Positions 36,400 to 47,600 of a stretch of 64,000 nucleotides of DNA are shown in pieces. Where the stretch lies: positions 250,937 to 314,936 of the forward strand of contig BCKQ01000014.1 in assembly GCA_001600695.1 (NCBI GenBank), given 5' to 3'. The notes under the pieces are model-generated. The model worked only from the letters and a program-made list of their open reading frames with translations. It was not told the origin of the DNA and made no database searches. The stretch comes from Ascoidea asiatica JCM 7603. Lineage: Eukaryota > Fungi > Ascomycota. The translations under genes were made by a program, and so were the position numbers. Within the stretch, counting starts at the first letter, position 1, and each line of letters opens with the position of its first letter.

Positions 36400-37560
36400 A
36401 GAGATCATAGCTTATTCTGTGTCCCCAATTCCCTTGATGGTAGCGCTGCTAATGATATAATTAATGAAGTTGAAGTTGCTGAATGGAATAATAGTTTTAG
36501 CAACATCACAGATGATGAAAAATAATATAACTATTCCACTTAATGAACTCAATCATTTTGCAAACAAGTAGCACTACATTCAAAATGAAATAATGGTGGT
36601 ACTTTAAGATGTAATTATTGTTGGCATTATGCTAAAGTTATTCATCTGTTAACATCTGAGCACAAATAAAATTTATGGGATGGTACGTTTGGCAGAGTTG
36701 TGGATATGTTTGGAATCAAAACTTTAATACAGAGAGGCATTACGTTCCCTGAATTAGTTAATTATATTTCAGATATGTTAAATCATATTCTTACTCTTTG
36801 TATTGTTGATAGTGCGGCAGGATTTTTAGACCCTTTATCTAACCGTGAAATAAATGTGAGAAAGTTGGTTGACAAGTTGGGAAACCGTAGGATCGCATTT
36901 GAAATTCTAGCACATTTAGATAAGGATTCCCTATTTGGAAATGATGTAAATGAGTTTACTATGAAAGTCAATTTAATTAGGATGAAAGTGAGAGGTGTTG
37001 ATTCTGCCTTTTCAGATGCAACTATTGCTAACTATATTCTAAAAGGTATAGGTGGTGGTATGGTTCTATAACGAAAAATCATTAGAGCTTAAGTTTCTAT
37101 GATATAGTTGGACGTGTCTAATACATTGATCAAAATGAATGAGGATATTGATGCAAACGGCGGAACTAAAGAGGCTTCAAGTTTGAGGATCAGCAATGTT
37201 AATAACCATAGTGAACAGGAAACAAAATAGAAAAATTCTAAGAAGAAAAAAATTCCCGGAAAAAGTTTCCATTCTAGAGTGGTTGGTGATACAAAGGCTT
37301 GAAGTTTTAAGTTAAAACATGAAAATGCCTATGGGAATATTGACTATAGGGCAAGGTTGGAAGCAAATTTCAGAGAGCTTCCAAGATATGATGGTAATTC
37401 TGATGCTTCAAAACATTGTACTAAATTAACTAATAATATCATTATAGAGTCAGCTGTTGGTTCATCTATTACATTTAAAAGACCATTATTACAAGATATT
37501 AATGATGCTGAGGATTCATAAATTTCGAAGGTCCTACTGGTAAAATCTTTACAACAAAAG
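36400..37560 (+). mobile_element. Decayed Ty1/copia gag and protease remnant
   Basis: ORF 36700-37071 ends in gag/UBN2-like DVNEFTMKVNLIRMKV...SDATIANYILKGI. Near 37435-37505, IIIESAVGSSIT.KRPLLQDI resembles a decayed IIDSG protease motif. Many stops; boundaries approximate. Confidence 0.6.
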
Positions 37561-37567
37561 AAGTTTG

Positions 37568-38412
37568 CGTTAGAAATAATCGAGATCTATAAATGCTAGG
37601 GCATATATTCGTACTAACACCTTAGGTAGTGAAGGTCTAAAAGACACGTACGTATAGTAGACCTAACAGAGTTTGGTATCATACAATAATGTGTGTAGAC
37701 TATGAACATAGATACATAATCAGGCATAAATATACATATTGTTGAATAAAGTTGCATTAAGTTGAATGAAGAATACATCAATTCAAATGACCTTGAATGA
37801 GTCTGTGTACAAGTACACACAAAGTCGGTTATCATGTGATATTCTACTCAGAGGGCATAACTCATGTGTGCTTACGTCAGGTATAGCTTACAAAGTAGAG
37901 AAGACCTTGAGATTCGTACGAGCGATAGTGGTAGAACCTTTAAGAGCATATTAAAACTAAGCCGCTCGGTACTAGGAGGCAAAAAGAGGAGCTAGAATTT
38001 AGCTACAATCCGGATAGATGTTAAATCCGAAAGGCCAATCGGAGCCAGGCAGGGACGCCATCTGGATGGCTGGATTGGCTAAGCTTAGTTTCATGTGAGA
38101 TAAGGTATAATTCTCACTGCGTATACCGAATTGTCTCGGAGTAAACAGGAGACTAGTGGAGATAGTCCCGTAAGGGATCTATTCCGAGTACGGCTTCGGG
38201 ATTAAAAATTATTCCGAGCAATTAGTGCGATTGTCTACCCCACTGGAAAGAGGGCTGATTGTTTTCCTATGGTAAAATTGAAATGTGAATTTCAATTAAT
38301 TTCTAATCAAGTTTTCAACCCTTTTTACAAGGTAAACTTGATTCCCACCCTCATTGTTCGACGGAATCCTCGGACTTTTGGGAATTCCAGAGAATTCTCG
38401 ATAGCTCTGTGA
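37568..38412. repeat. LTR-like repeat family A, copy 1 (inverted relative to copies 2 and 3; truncated at one end)
   Basis: Reverse complement of about 40720-41445. Begins CGTTAGAAATAATCGAGATCT versus TGTTGGACATAATAGAGATCT for the reversed end of copy 2. Confidence 0.9.
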
Positions 38413-39445
38413 GTTGAAGAATACATGTCTATCTAGAACAATAATGTATTCGATTTGATCGGTTCCAGTTCAGTCAAAGATAAACTAATGAGACGACGTT
38501 AAAAATTTACTGTTAAGAATGAACATTCTGGTGAACGTTTCAAAACAAGAATTCTTGCCACGGATTTAGTCAAACGGAAATACAAAACTTTGTTGATGCG
38601 GATTCTCCAGCAATGGGATATCAGACAGTTACTTTGGCTGTTTCCAGTGCTGCAATCAATCAACGGAAACTAGTTCAGTTAGACGGTAAGAATGCTTTTC
38701 CTAACGGTCCAGTTGACCAAGCTGTCTTTTTCAACCTCCTTCTGCTGCTGATACTCCTGTCAACAAGATATGGAAATTAAACAAAGGATTGTAGGGTTTA
38801 CAAAAATTTCTGCATATTTTGTTCAACAGTGTCAACAATGTGATTGTGAATCGAGGTTAAAAACAACCAGTTCTTGAATCTTGCTTGTTTCTAAAATCTG
38901 ACTCCATTCTTACAATCTATGTTCATGACATTCTTATTTCTGGTCAAACTGCTGCAGTTATTGATAAAGCTAGAAACTAACTGGAAACAAAATTTATGGT
39001 GAACTTCATGGGATATGCATATGTGTTCTTCGGTATTACAATTCCAAAAACCGGAAATGATATCAAAATGAGATCCACTGGTTTTATTTCCAGATTAGCT
39101 GAATATTATGAAATTTCCAGAGAAAAAGTTATTTCATCACCATTGGTTACTGCATTTGATGCTTATGATCATCCAAGTCAACAACTTAATGAAACTGAGC
39201 ATTCAAAGTATAGGTCCATTGTTAGTTGCTTCTCACTAATTGCAAATACAGTCAGATTGGATATTGCTTGTGCAACTTCATTGCTTTCCAGGTTTCTACC
39301 TACTCCTAGAACAATTCATTTGCACGCTGTTTTGAAAGTTCATCAGTACTTAGCTCAAACCAATGACTTTCCTATTCATTATTCAAAAGCACAATACTGG
39401 TACTTTACTACCAGTATTGTATTTTCCGGAGTCAACGTTCAATGA
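38413..39445 (+). mobile_element. Decayed Ty1/copia reverse transcriptase
   Basis: EEYMSI*NNNVFDLI, RFKTRILA, VQLDGKNAFPNG, IWKLNKGL*GLQK, IYVHDILISG (YVDD changed to YVHD at 38918-38929), YRSIVSCFSLIANTVRLDIACATSLLSRF; stops and frameshifts. Confidence 0.88.
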
Positions 39446-39613
39446 AGCGGCTGCAATGTTCGTATCATTGATTACAATTCGGTAATTTAAGAAAAAAAAA
39501 TAAAACTATTAACAGTTTTATTTTCTTCTACTGTCATTGAAATTTGATTCTCTATTTTTAGACTTCAATATCGAACGGCAACGTCTATGTCAGGGGCAGT
39601 ATGAGCTACATTA

Positions 39614-40430
39614 TGTTGGAAATTCTGAAATGTTTGAATAATTACTTTCCGTCCCATGTGAGTGATCGGTTCTGAGGTTTATCTCAAAAACCATCGAGGT
39701 GTTGCTGGCGAACTTTTCTTTTATTATTGGTTGTGCACCTTGTAGTTCGCTGTAATTTGAACAATTTTTTTGGATAATTGTACCTTCCTCAACGGAGAAG
39801 CTGCTTAGTTTTTGGCATACCGGTTATAGCTGTACTTTGCGTTGCCCAGACACAGCTTTACTGCTAATGAATATCTAATTTTGGATTAGGTATACGAGTG
39901 CTTCCACCCAGATAAAACTGTTTGAAAAATTTTGAAATTGAGGTCTTCACAACCCTGAGATTTCTGAGATACCGTTACAATTATCTCCTTGATCAAGGTG
40001 GAAATTCAAGCGGGAATACAGGCACGTGGAGCTTACGAAATGCCATTTCGTCCCGCGACTTATTGTTCCGGAAAAGATCTTGGTAATTTTTACAAGGCGA
40101 TAAAACAATTTCATTTTTCGACCGGAACTTTGTCGCAGTACCCTGTTAGCCGAGCCTTTATCCGCTGCTATCGGATTGTTAGTCAATTTATTGTTATGTT
40201 AGAGTAAAAGTACAATATTCTAAGCTATTCTTAGATTTCCTGGAAATGCCTAGTTTAGTCTACGTCTACATTATATTGCTTTCTCGGAACTTCGGTGAAG
40301 GTCTCGAATGTACCAGAAAGTTCTCGGTCTCCATTTTTCATTCTTCGCTTGTAGGTCCGTGTGAGTCTGGAATGCACTCGAATTTCGGTCTTTGTTAACA
40401 GAATGTCATTAACTCTTCCGGAATGCAACA
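39614..40430. mobile_element. Possible second LTR-like segment (family B)
   Basis: Starts TGTTGGAAAT about 15 nt after a PPT-like AGGGGCAG downstream of the copia RT; candidate end GCAACA at 40430. No second copy or TSD seen. Confidence 0.3.
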
Positions 40431-40536
40431 CTATTATTTTTGTTATCTCAAGTATGGTAAGTTAACTTGAACAACCACATTCTACACAGGTATTGCGAAG
40501 ATAGGTTTCCCCCTCCTACTTAGTCTGTCATAAAAC

Positions 40537-41445
40537 TGTTGTAAATTCTCATTCATTTCACAAATTTACAATTTCGAATTATATAATCAACTCTTTTACT
40601 TACTTTGTATTAACCAATTAACTCGTGCTAATCGATGATCTAAAAAAAAAACTAAATAAATCATATAAAAAATCAGAGGAAATTGATTCCATTTATCTTA
40701 ATTCAGGAGTCCTACGGGGTCCCGCAGAACTATCCAGAATTCTCGGGAAATCCCAAAAGTCCGAGGATTCCGTCGTACAATCGGGGTGGAAATCAAGTTT
40801 ACCTTGTAAAAAGGGTTGAAAACTTGATTAGAAATTAAATGAAATTCACATTTCAATTTCACCATAGTAAAACAATCAGCCCACTTTCCAGTGGGGTAGA
40901 CAATCGCACTAATTGCCGGGAATAATTTTTAATCCCGAAGCCGTACTCGGAATAGATCCCTTACGGGACTATCTCCACTAGTCTCCTGTTTACTCCGAGA
41001 CAATTCGGTATACGCAGTGAGAATTATACCTTATCTCACATGAAACTAAGCTTAGCCAATCCAGCCATCCAGATGGCGTCCCTGCCTGGATCCGATTGGC
41101 CTTTCGGTTTTAACATCTATCCGGATTGTCGCTAAATCCTAACTCCTGTTTAATTCTCCTCGTACCGAGTGGCTTAGCTTTAATATGCTCTTAAGGGTTG
41201 TACGACTATGGCTCGTACAAATCTCAAGGTCTTCTCTACTTTGTACGCTATACCTGACGTAAGCACCCATGAGTTATGCCCAATTATGGCTCTCTATGCA
41301 TAATTATACATAGTGTACACACATTATTGTATAATACATAACTCTTTTACGTTTACTATAGATTCGTGTCTTTTAGACCTTCACCACCTATGGTGTTAGT
41401 ACCAATATATGACCTAGCATATATAGATCTCTATTATGTCCAACA
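40537..41445. repeat. LTR-like repeat family A, copy 2 (909 bp, both termini present)
   Basis: Termini TGTTGTAAAT...ATGTCCAACA (TG..CA, TGTTG/CAACA inverted). Homologous to copies 1 and 3; has an internal deletion relative to them. No clear TSD. Confidence 0.88.
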
Positions 41446-42199
41446 ATAAGGAGGGGTCTTACATCCCATATTTTCTATATAATCTTTATATATTTTAACT
41501 TCACTTAATTATTTTTTATAAGTTGAATTAGATAAGTTCTTAGTAATAATTAAATATTCCTTTCGAACGACAATCAAATTTATTAATATATTTGGAATAT
41601 CAATTGCTTATTAAAGATAAGTATCCCTTTATTCTTTCATTGTTTTCTATCTGGCAAGGTAAGTCAGAGTACGACTTTAACTCTCTGATTATTATACTTA
41701 CAAGAGAGTGATCGCGAAAACTGATTAATCCTGTGGCATCTCATTTCCTTCCGCATTATTTAAGGTACTTGTCGCCATTATAGAACGTAGTTCCTCTCTG
41801 TCTGGTTATTAAGCTTACTTAGTTTATCGTAATGCTTTAACCAAAATTGAGTGACCTGATAATTTGAAGTGCTTTTCTTCTACTCATTGCAAATTCAAAA
41901 TTAATGCAAATTTAGTATTGTATGGAATGTTCAAAACAATAAAAGAATTTACTAATATAATTTGTTTAATATTACTCTGTATTTCAAATAAATTAGTTTA
42001 CTAATATTTCCGCTTACAGTTTTTATTCAATGTTTTCTGTTATATTTATGAATTCAAAATCCAATTTAAAATAAACTTAAATATCAAAGAACATAACCAA
42101 ACAGTAAAAAAAAAACTGAAAAAAAACAATACCAAAATCTTATAGTTTTACAAATTTTATAGCTTCAGTTGATCAATAACATATTATTACATATTTTAA

Positions 42200-44343
42200 C
42201 TCAATATTATATAATGATAACTGAAACTATTAACTCTTTCGCAACACAATTCAATCATAACATCGCTCTAAATGAATTCACGTTCAATAAAATTGATAAA
42301 GAAATTACATGAATTGCTCAACCAATCAACGACTTTAGATCTTTAGATAAAAGATTTAAAAATCAAGATTCCAATGTTGTTCAATACAGTGAGTACTTTG
42401 ATGAACTAAAATCTACCATTGCTACACAAAAAATCTTATATAGATATTGTTCAAGATATGCTGACATAATAACATCGTTTTTATCTAAAAAAAAAACTGT
42501 TAATGACTGTCCTGTTCAAAATAAAACAGAAGTACAAGTTTCTTCTGCCTCGAAAACAATGAACCCCGGTACGTCTGAAAATATTACTGGCCATTTGAAT
42601 TGTAATACTACTGAAGCTGATAAGGCTAGGTTTTTCGAACCTCAAGAGAATATCAAAGAACAAATTGTAACTGCCCTATTTACCATCTGCTGTTCCCAAA
42701 ATTGAAAAGCATTCACACGGTTTTTAGATCCCCAAAGTAAATAACCAAAACTTATTCAATGACCAGAATGAGGTTAAAAACTGGAGAGATGATCTTAATT
42801 AAATTCAATCTTTTGAAAGCAAGGTTGACTCTGACGCATCTGAAATCCAAAGGCTGAAAGTGCCTTACTTCTACCTGGTATGGCTATAAACTGAGATACT
42901 TCTGCTACTCGTATGGCAGGTACTTCAATCCCTCCAAAATTAAAAGCAAACATAATAATTAAAGATAGACATATTATAGAAAACTAATTCTAAAATTACA
43001 ATATATTGAGACGTACATTAAAATCGATAGGTTAATATATGATTTCCCGGGTATGGATCTTTATATCTATATTCTGGAAACTACAAATTTAGAATGGATT
43101 AACATCGTGAAAACCATTGCAAGAAATAGTTCAAGAAATTCTTCGTGCCCTGCTGCATATGCCTTCATTCTGGGAGGCATTGACATAGATTAAAATTATA
43201 GGGCTTTAGTTCAATAATTCAAACAAATCAAACATTCTGAAAATGAAAAACTTGTTAATCATCTTACGAGATTTATAACTTCCTATGAAAGTCTTCCTTT
43301 AAATAGTCTTTCTAGTCGTTTCCTCTGATGAACAACCATTTCTCAAATTAAAAATAAATTTCCTCATCAAATTCAATGAGAAACAAAATTTCCCCCAACT
43401 ATTGAATTATTTAATAGAGAACTCAATTGGTTCACTGCAGGAGATGTTTTTATAGCCGTTTTTATAGCTGTTTTAAATGAAGCTCTTATTCTCAGTGATA
43501 TTTATATGTTCAACAATCTTGAATATGTTATTGATTCGAATTCCAAAATAAACTTCAATAAAATTCGTTTGACCGGCCAAACGTCTTACTTCGGTAATCT
43601 GCCAATACATTTCCGAAATTCTTGTTTCTGGTATCGAAAACACAAAACAATTTGCAAACAGGGAACCTGCGAATAGAAAATCGAATGGTAATTCCAATTC
43701 TAGATACAAAAATCAACATGACAAGAAATCTAGCTACACGGTCCCTGAAGAAGCAGTGCAGGATGACCAACTTCAGAAAACAGAGCGTTAGCTGTCCTGG
43801 GAATCCTTGTCTGAAGATGAACACTTTAGATCAATTAACACCAATAACAAAACGTTTCGTAATAAATACTCGAATTCTACTGTTAATGATAAAAAGATGA
43901 AAATTCCTTTTGCCACTGGTGGCGAATCCAACTATTTTTTTGATTATTCTTTAAAACGATTTGAAATAAAAATGCTTAAAGCCTAAGTATTCAACAGTTC
44001 ATGGCTTTGTAGGCGCACTGATGGTCAAGAATGATGTCATTTTACGGCTATTCATTGAAAACGTTGGTTTTGTTGACCTTAAATGTGCGGTTTTACCATA
44101 AAGTTTAAGAACATCTCTCGATATCACTATTTGAAGTCGATTTTTTATGCCACCATATGTTTTCTGCAAATGATAATGATAAATTTTGAATTATGGTTTT
44201 TGATGATTTTGAAAAGTTTCCTTTCAAACCAGGGAGTATGCATGAACTACAAAAAGTTTACGTCTACACATGAAAACCGAATCAGAAACAGGAGTTTGAT
44301 GTTAAGAAATACCCTTAGTTAAATGATCCAACTCGAAGCTGGT
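42200..44343 (+). mobile_element. Probable decayed Ty3/gypsy gag-protease region
   Basis: Broken coding-like sequence; FATGGESNY near 43908 resembles a decayed (L/F)DTG protease motif; lies upstream of the gypsy RT across LTR copy 3. Confidence 0.45.
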
Positions 44344-45361
44344 TATTATCAGTTTTCATTCATTTTACAAAATCGAATATTTAAAGTTTAGTTACTTACA
44401 AACTAGGTATTCATCAATTAACTCGTGCTAATTGTTGATCTAAAAAGACAACCAAATAAATTAGATAAAAGAAAACAGGGAATCGATTCCTTTTACATTA
44501 TTTCTGGATTCCTACGGGGTCGCGGAGCACAATCGAGAATTGTTAGGTATTCACAAAAGCCCCGGGATTCTGGGGTAGAATCAGCGTAAGAATCAAAGTT
44601 ACCTTGTAAAAAGGGTTGAAATCTTGATTTGAAATCAATTAAGCTTCAAATTTCAATTTTATCATACTAACACCTATCAGCTCACTTTCCAGTGGGGTAG
44701 ACAACCAATGTAATTGCTGGTACCCTTTAAGCCCAATGCACCCACTAGTAATCGATTATTAAAGGACTACCTCGACTATTGTCCTGTTTATTTCGAGACT
44801 ATTCGGAATAGGCAGTGGGAATTATCCCTTATCTCACATGAAACTAGGTTTACCCATTCAAGAATCCAGGATTTTCTCCTCGGTCCGATTGGCCTTCAAC
44901 ATCCATCCGGATAGATGCTAAATGCTAAGTCCACTTCTACTCTCCTCGTACCGACCGGCTTATCTTCAATATGCTCTTAGAGATTTTGTATCCTTGGCTG
45001 GTACCAATGTCAAGATGTTCTTTACTTTGTCCGCTATACCCGATTTAAGCGCGCATGTCCGATTCCATGTGACTGGAATATTACATGCTATACGATCATC
45101 TGTTTACCTGTGAATAGACTTATGAAGTCTAATATAAATTGACGCATTCCTCGAGCAACTTAATGCTATTTTTTTATTGATATGAATATGTTTGCGTATT
45201 AATTCTTCTCTATGCATCACTGTATACAATGTATAGAGGTGATTTTGTACTACATGAGTTTGTTCCGGTTAATATAAATTCCTGTGTTTTACACCTTCAC
45301 CTCTTAAGGTTATAAAAACCATATATGCCCTACCATATATAGATCTCTACGATTTCCAACA
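44344..45361. repeat. LTR-like repeat family A, copy 3 (1018 bp, more diverged), inserted into gypsy pol
   Basis: Shares CAATTAACTCGTGCTAAT, TTACCTTGTAAAAAGGGTTGAAA, CACTTTCCAGTGGGGTAGACAA and TATATAGATCTCTA...CCAACA with copy 2, in the same orientation. Confidence 0.88.
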
Positions 45362-47600
45362 GTTACCCACCTCCCTCGAAACTCTGTTCAAACATACTAC
45401 CCAAACAACATCTGAATCACCAATGTATATCGGAAGCTACAACTATACTCCTCTTCTTAACAAATTCGCTGAAGCACTTCTTGAATCAAACTGAGACACT
45501 GGAGTATTTTTGAAACCAAAAGTGGTTGACCCTTTCGTTTAGTTCTTGTTCGAAAAGTTGATAAAGGTTTTTGAGTGTGTGTTGGTTATACGAAATTAAC
45601 TGCCATTAGTGTTTGGCATTATATTCCTTTACATTCTACTGATATTGGTCTAAAAAATCTTAATGGTGCTAAATAGTTCACTTGCCTAATTATGATAAAT
45701 AGCTTTTACTAAATTCCTTAAGATAATGATAGTAAAGCTAAAACAGCATTTTCATCCAATTCATGTCATTATGAATTTAATCTATTGGCTTTGGGCGTAG
45801 TCCATGGTACCTATACCTCCCAATCATCTATGAAAAAAATGATAGGTGATTAATTATGTTCTGCTTTTTGCTAATCATATAATTATTTATAGCCATAATA
45901 AGTTAGAGGAACATTGTTCAAGTTAATGAGGTCATTACTCAACCTGAAAAAGAAAAACATTTTAAATGTCAAGAAGTCTAAATTCTTTTGCATGGATGTT
46001 AAATTTTCAGGGCATATTCTTTCCTCTGAAGAACTAAAAACTGATCGGACAAAGATTAACAAGATCTTAGATTGGCCATTACCAAAGTCAATTATTACTT
46101 TAAGAGGTTTTACTAATATATGTTGATATTATCGAAACTTTAAGTGAAATTTTTCTCAACAGATAATCTATCCTACTGTTTCATTTTTTGGCGCCCCTAA
46201 ACAAGGAACAAAAATTGAACTAAATCTTTCTCTGATTCAAGCACTCACAACAATGTACAAAATCATTAACTACTGCTCCTGTCTAAAAAGTATTTTGTCC
46301 TCAGAAAGTTGCAATCCTACAAACTGATGCTTCAGATATTGCCTTGGGTTTGGTATTACTCCAACCATATATACAATAGAGCACTAAAAAAATTCGAAGG
46401 TATCTTCTTCATTTTGAATCAAGAATATTTTCAAAATCGGAACAAAAGTATTCTGGTCAACACCAAGAACTTTTGCCAGTTGTTCATTCATTGATTCATT
46501 GTCCATATAATGAACTATGCAAAATTAATTTAACACCTGATCATCAATCTGTTCAATATATTACAGCTAAATCCGCTCCCTGAAATAGAGTTATAACATT
46601 TATTAAACTCATTTAACATTATTTTTTTGATATTCAATATAAGAATAGAAAACAAATTGTTTTTTCTAAGTTACTCTCCTTAAAAACTGTTTTGGTTGTT
46701 AAATATGAATTGAAAACTTAATGGAAATTGATGAACTTAGTGAAAGTGCAACTAAAATAAAAACTCACAAAACCATTAAGGATTTCTGTGAAGTTGGTCT
46801 TAGTAAAATTAAAGAATATCTTTAAAATAAACAACTTTTCAAAAATCTGTAGTCCAGATTTATCTTTTCTTACTTTATGTTTTAGGAGAATGAACTTCAG
46901 ATTACACTTGAAGCTCATTCACGTACTGTTTTCAGTGACGAAATGTTACAGAAGTTTCTTGAAAGTTCCTCCTTCCGATTCTCAAGGTTCCATTGGAAAT
47001 TTAGCAAACGGAGTGAATGAGAAATTCTTTCACCCTGCTATTTTATTATCTCGTCAAATTATTACAGATTGTCTTCATTGCCAACCTGTCAAAAAGCCAT
47101 CTGTTTTCACTAACAAATTCACTGCAATTCCTGTTACAAACAGCTTTTACTATATGGGATGGATTAGTTTTTTGCTCTTCAAAATAAATCTTCTGTTAGT
47201 AAATATTGTGTTACTGCCATTGATTATGGTACACTTTATGCTTCTGTGGTTCCACTACCGGATTGTGGTTAATTAAAAGTTTTAAATTTAGTACAACCTA
47301 GAGTCCCAAAGCATTGTCAAATGTACCAAACTAGCATGGGTAGTACTTCTCGTTTTGTTTCAAACAATATTATTGAACTTGTTCCTCAAGCCCCCAAACA
47401 ACCCAACACCACAACATATATCCCAGAAATTAATTGTAAATGTGTAACGTTTGATCCAATCTTCAGCCAAATTCTATTGAAGTTGAATAATTTCCTACAA
47501 TGGGAACTTCTAAACATGGCTTTATTGATTTAGTACAGGTTCCAAAAACAGAAATTTGGATTTGTAGTGTGCTTGCCTGCTTTTGGTTTTAGCGCAGGTT
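45362..47600 (+). mobile_element. Decayed Ty3/gypsy RT-RNaseH-integrase
   Basis: LVLVRKVDKGF*VCVGYTKL, KAKTAFSSNSCHYEF, VKFSGHILS, ILDWPLPKSIITLRGF; RNase H TDASDIALGLVLLQ at 46323; CLHCQ and VTAIDY integrase motifs. Order RT-RH-IN is gypsy-type. Confidence 0.88.

Noticed and set aside
37568-41445. Inverted repeat as a flip-flop mating-type switch
   Set aside because: The spacer holds only copia RT debris; no MAT genes are seen in the window.
37833-45073. CDEI-like RTCACRTG octamers in LTR copies (37833-37840 and 45066-45073, minus strand) as a point centromere
   Set aside because: No adjacent highly AT-rich CDEII plus CDEIII. The octamer also occurs in ordinary promoters here (near 2284, 10927, 61366 and 61403), so chance or Cbf1 promoter use is enough.
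39947-45113. Short ORFs inside LTR-like segments (39947, 39989, 40625, 44714, 44922)
   Set aside because: Frames are not conserved between repeat copies and contain no domains.
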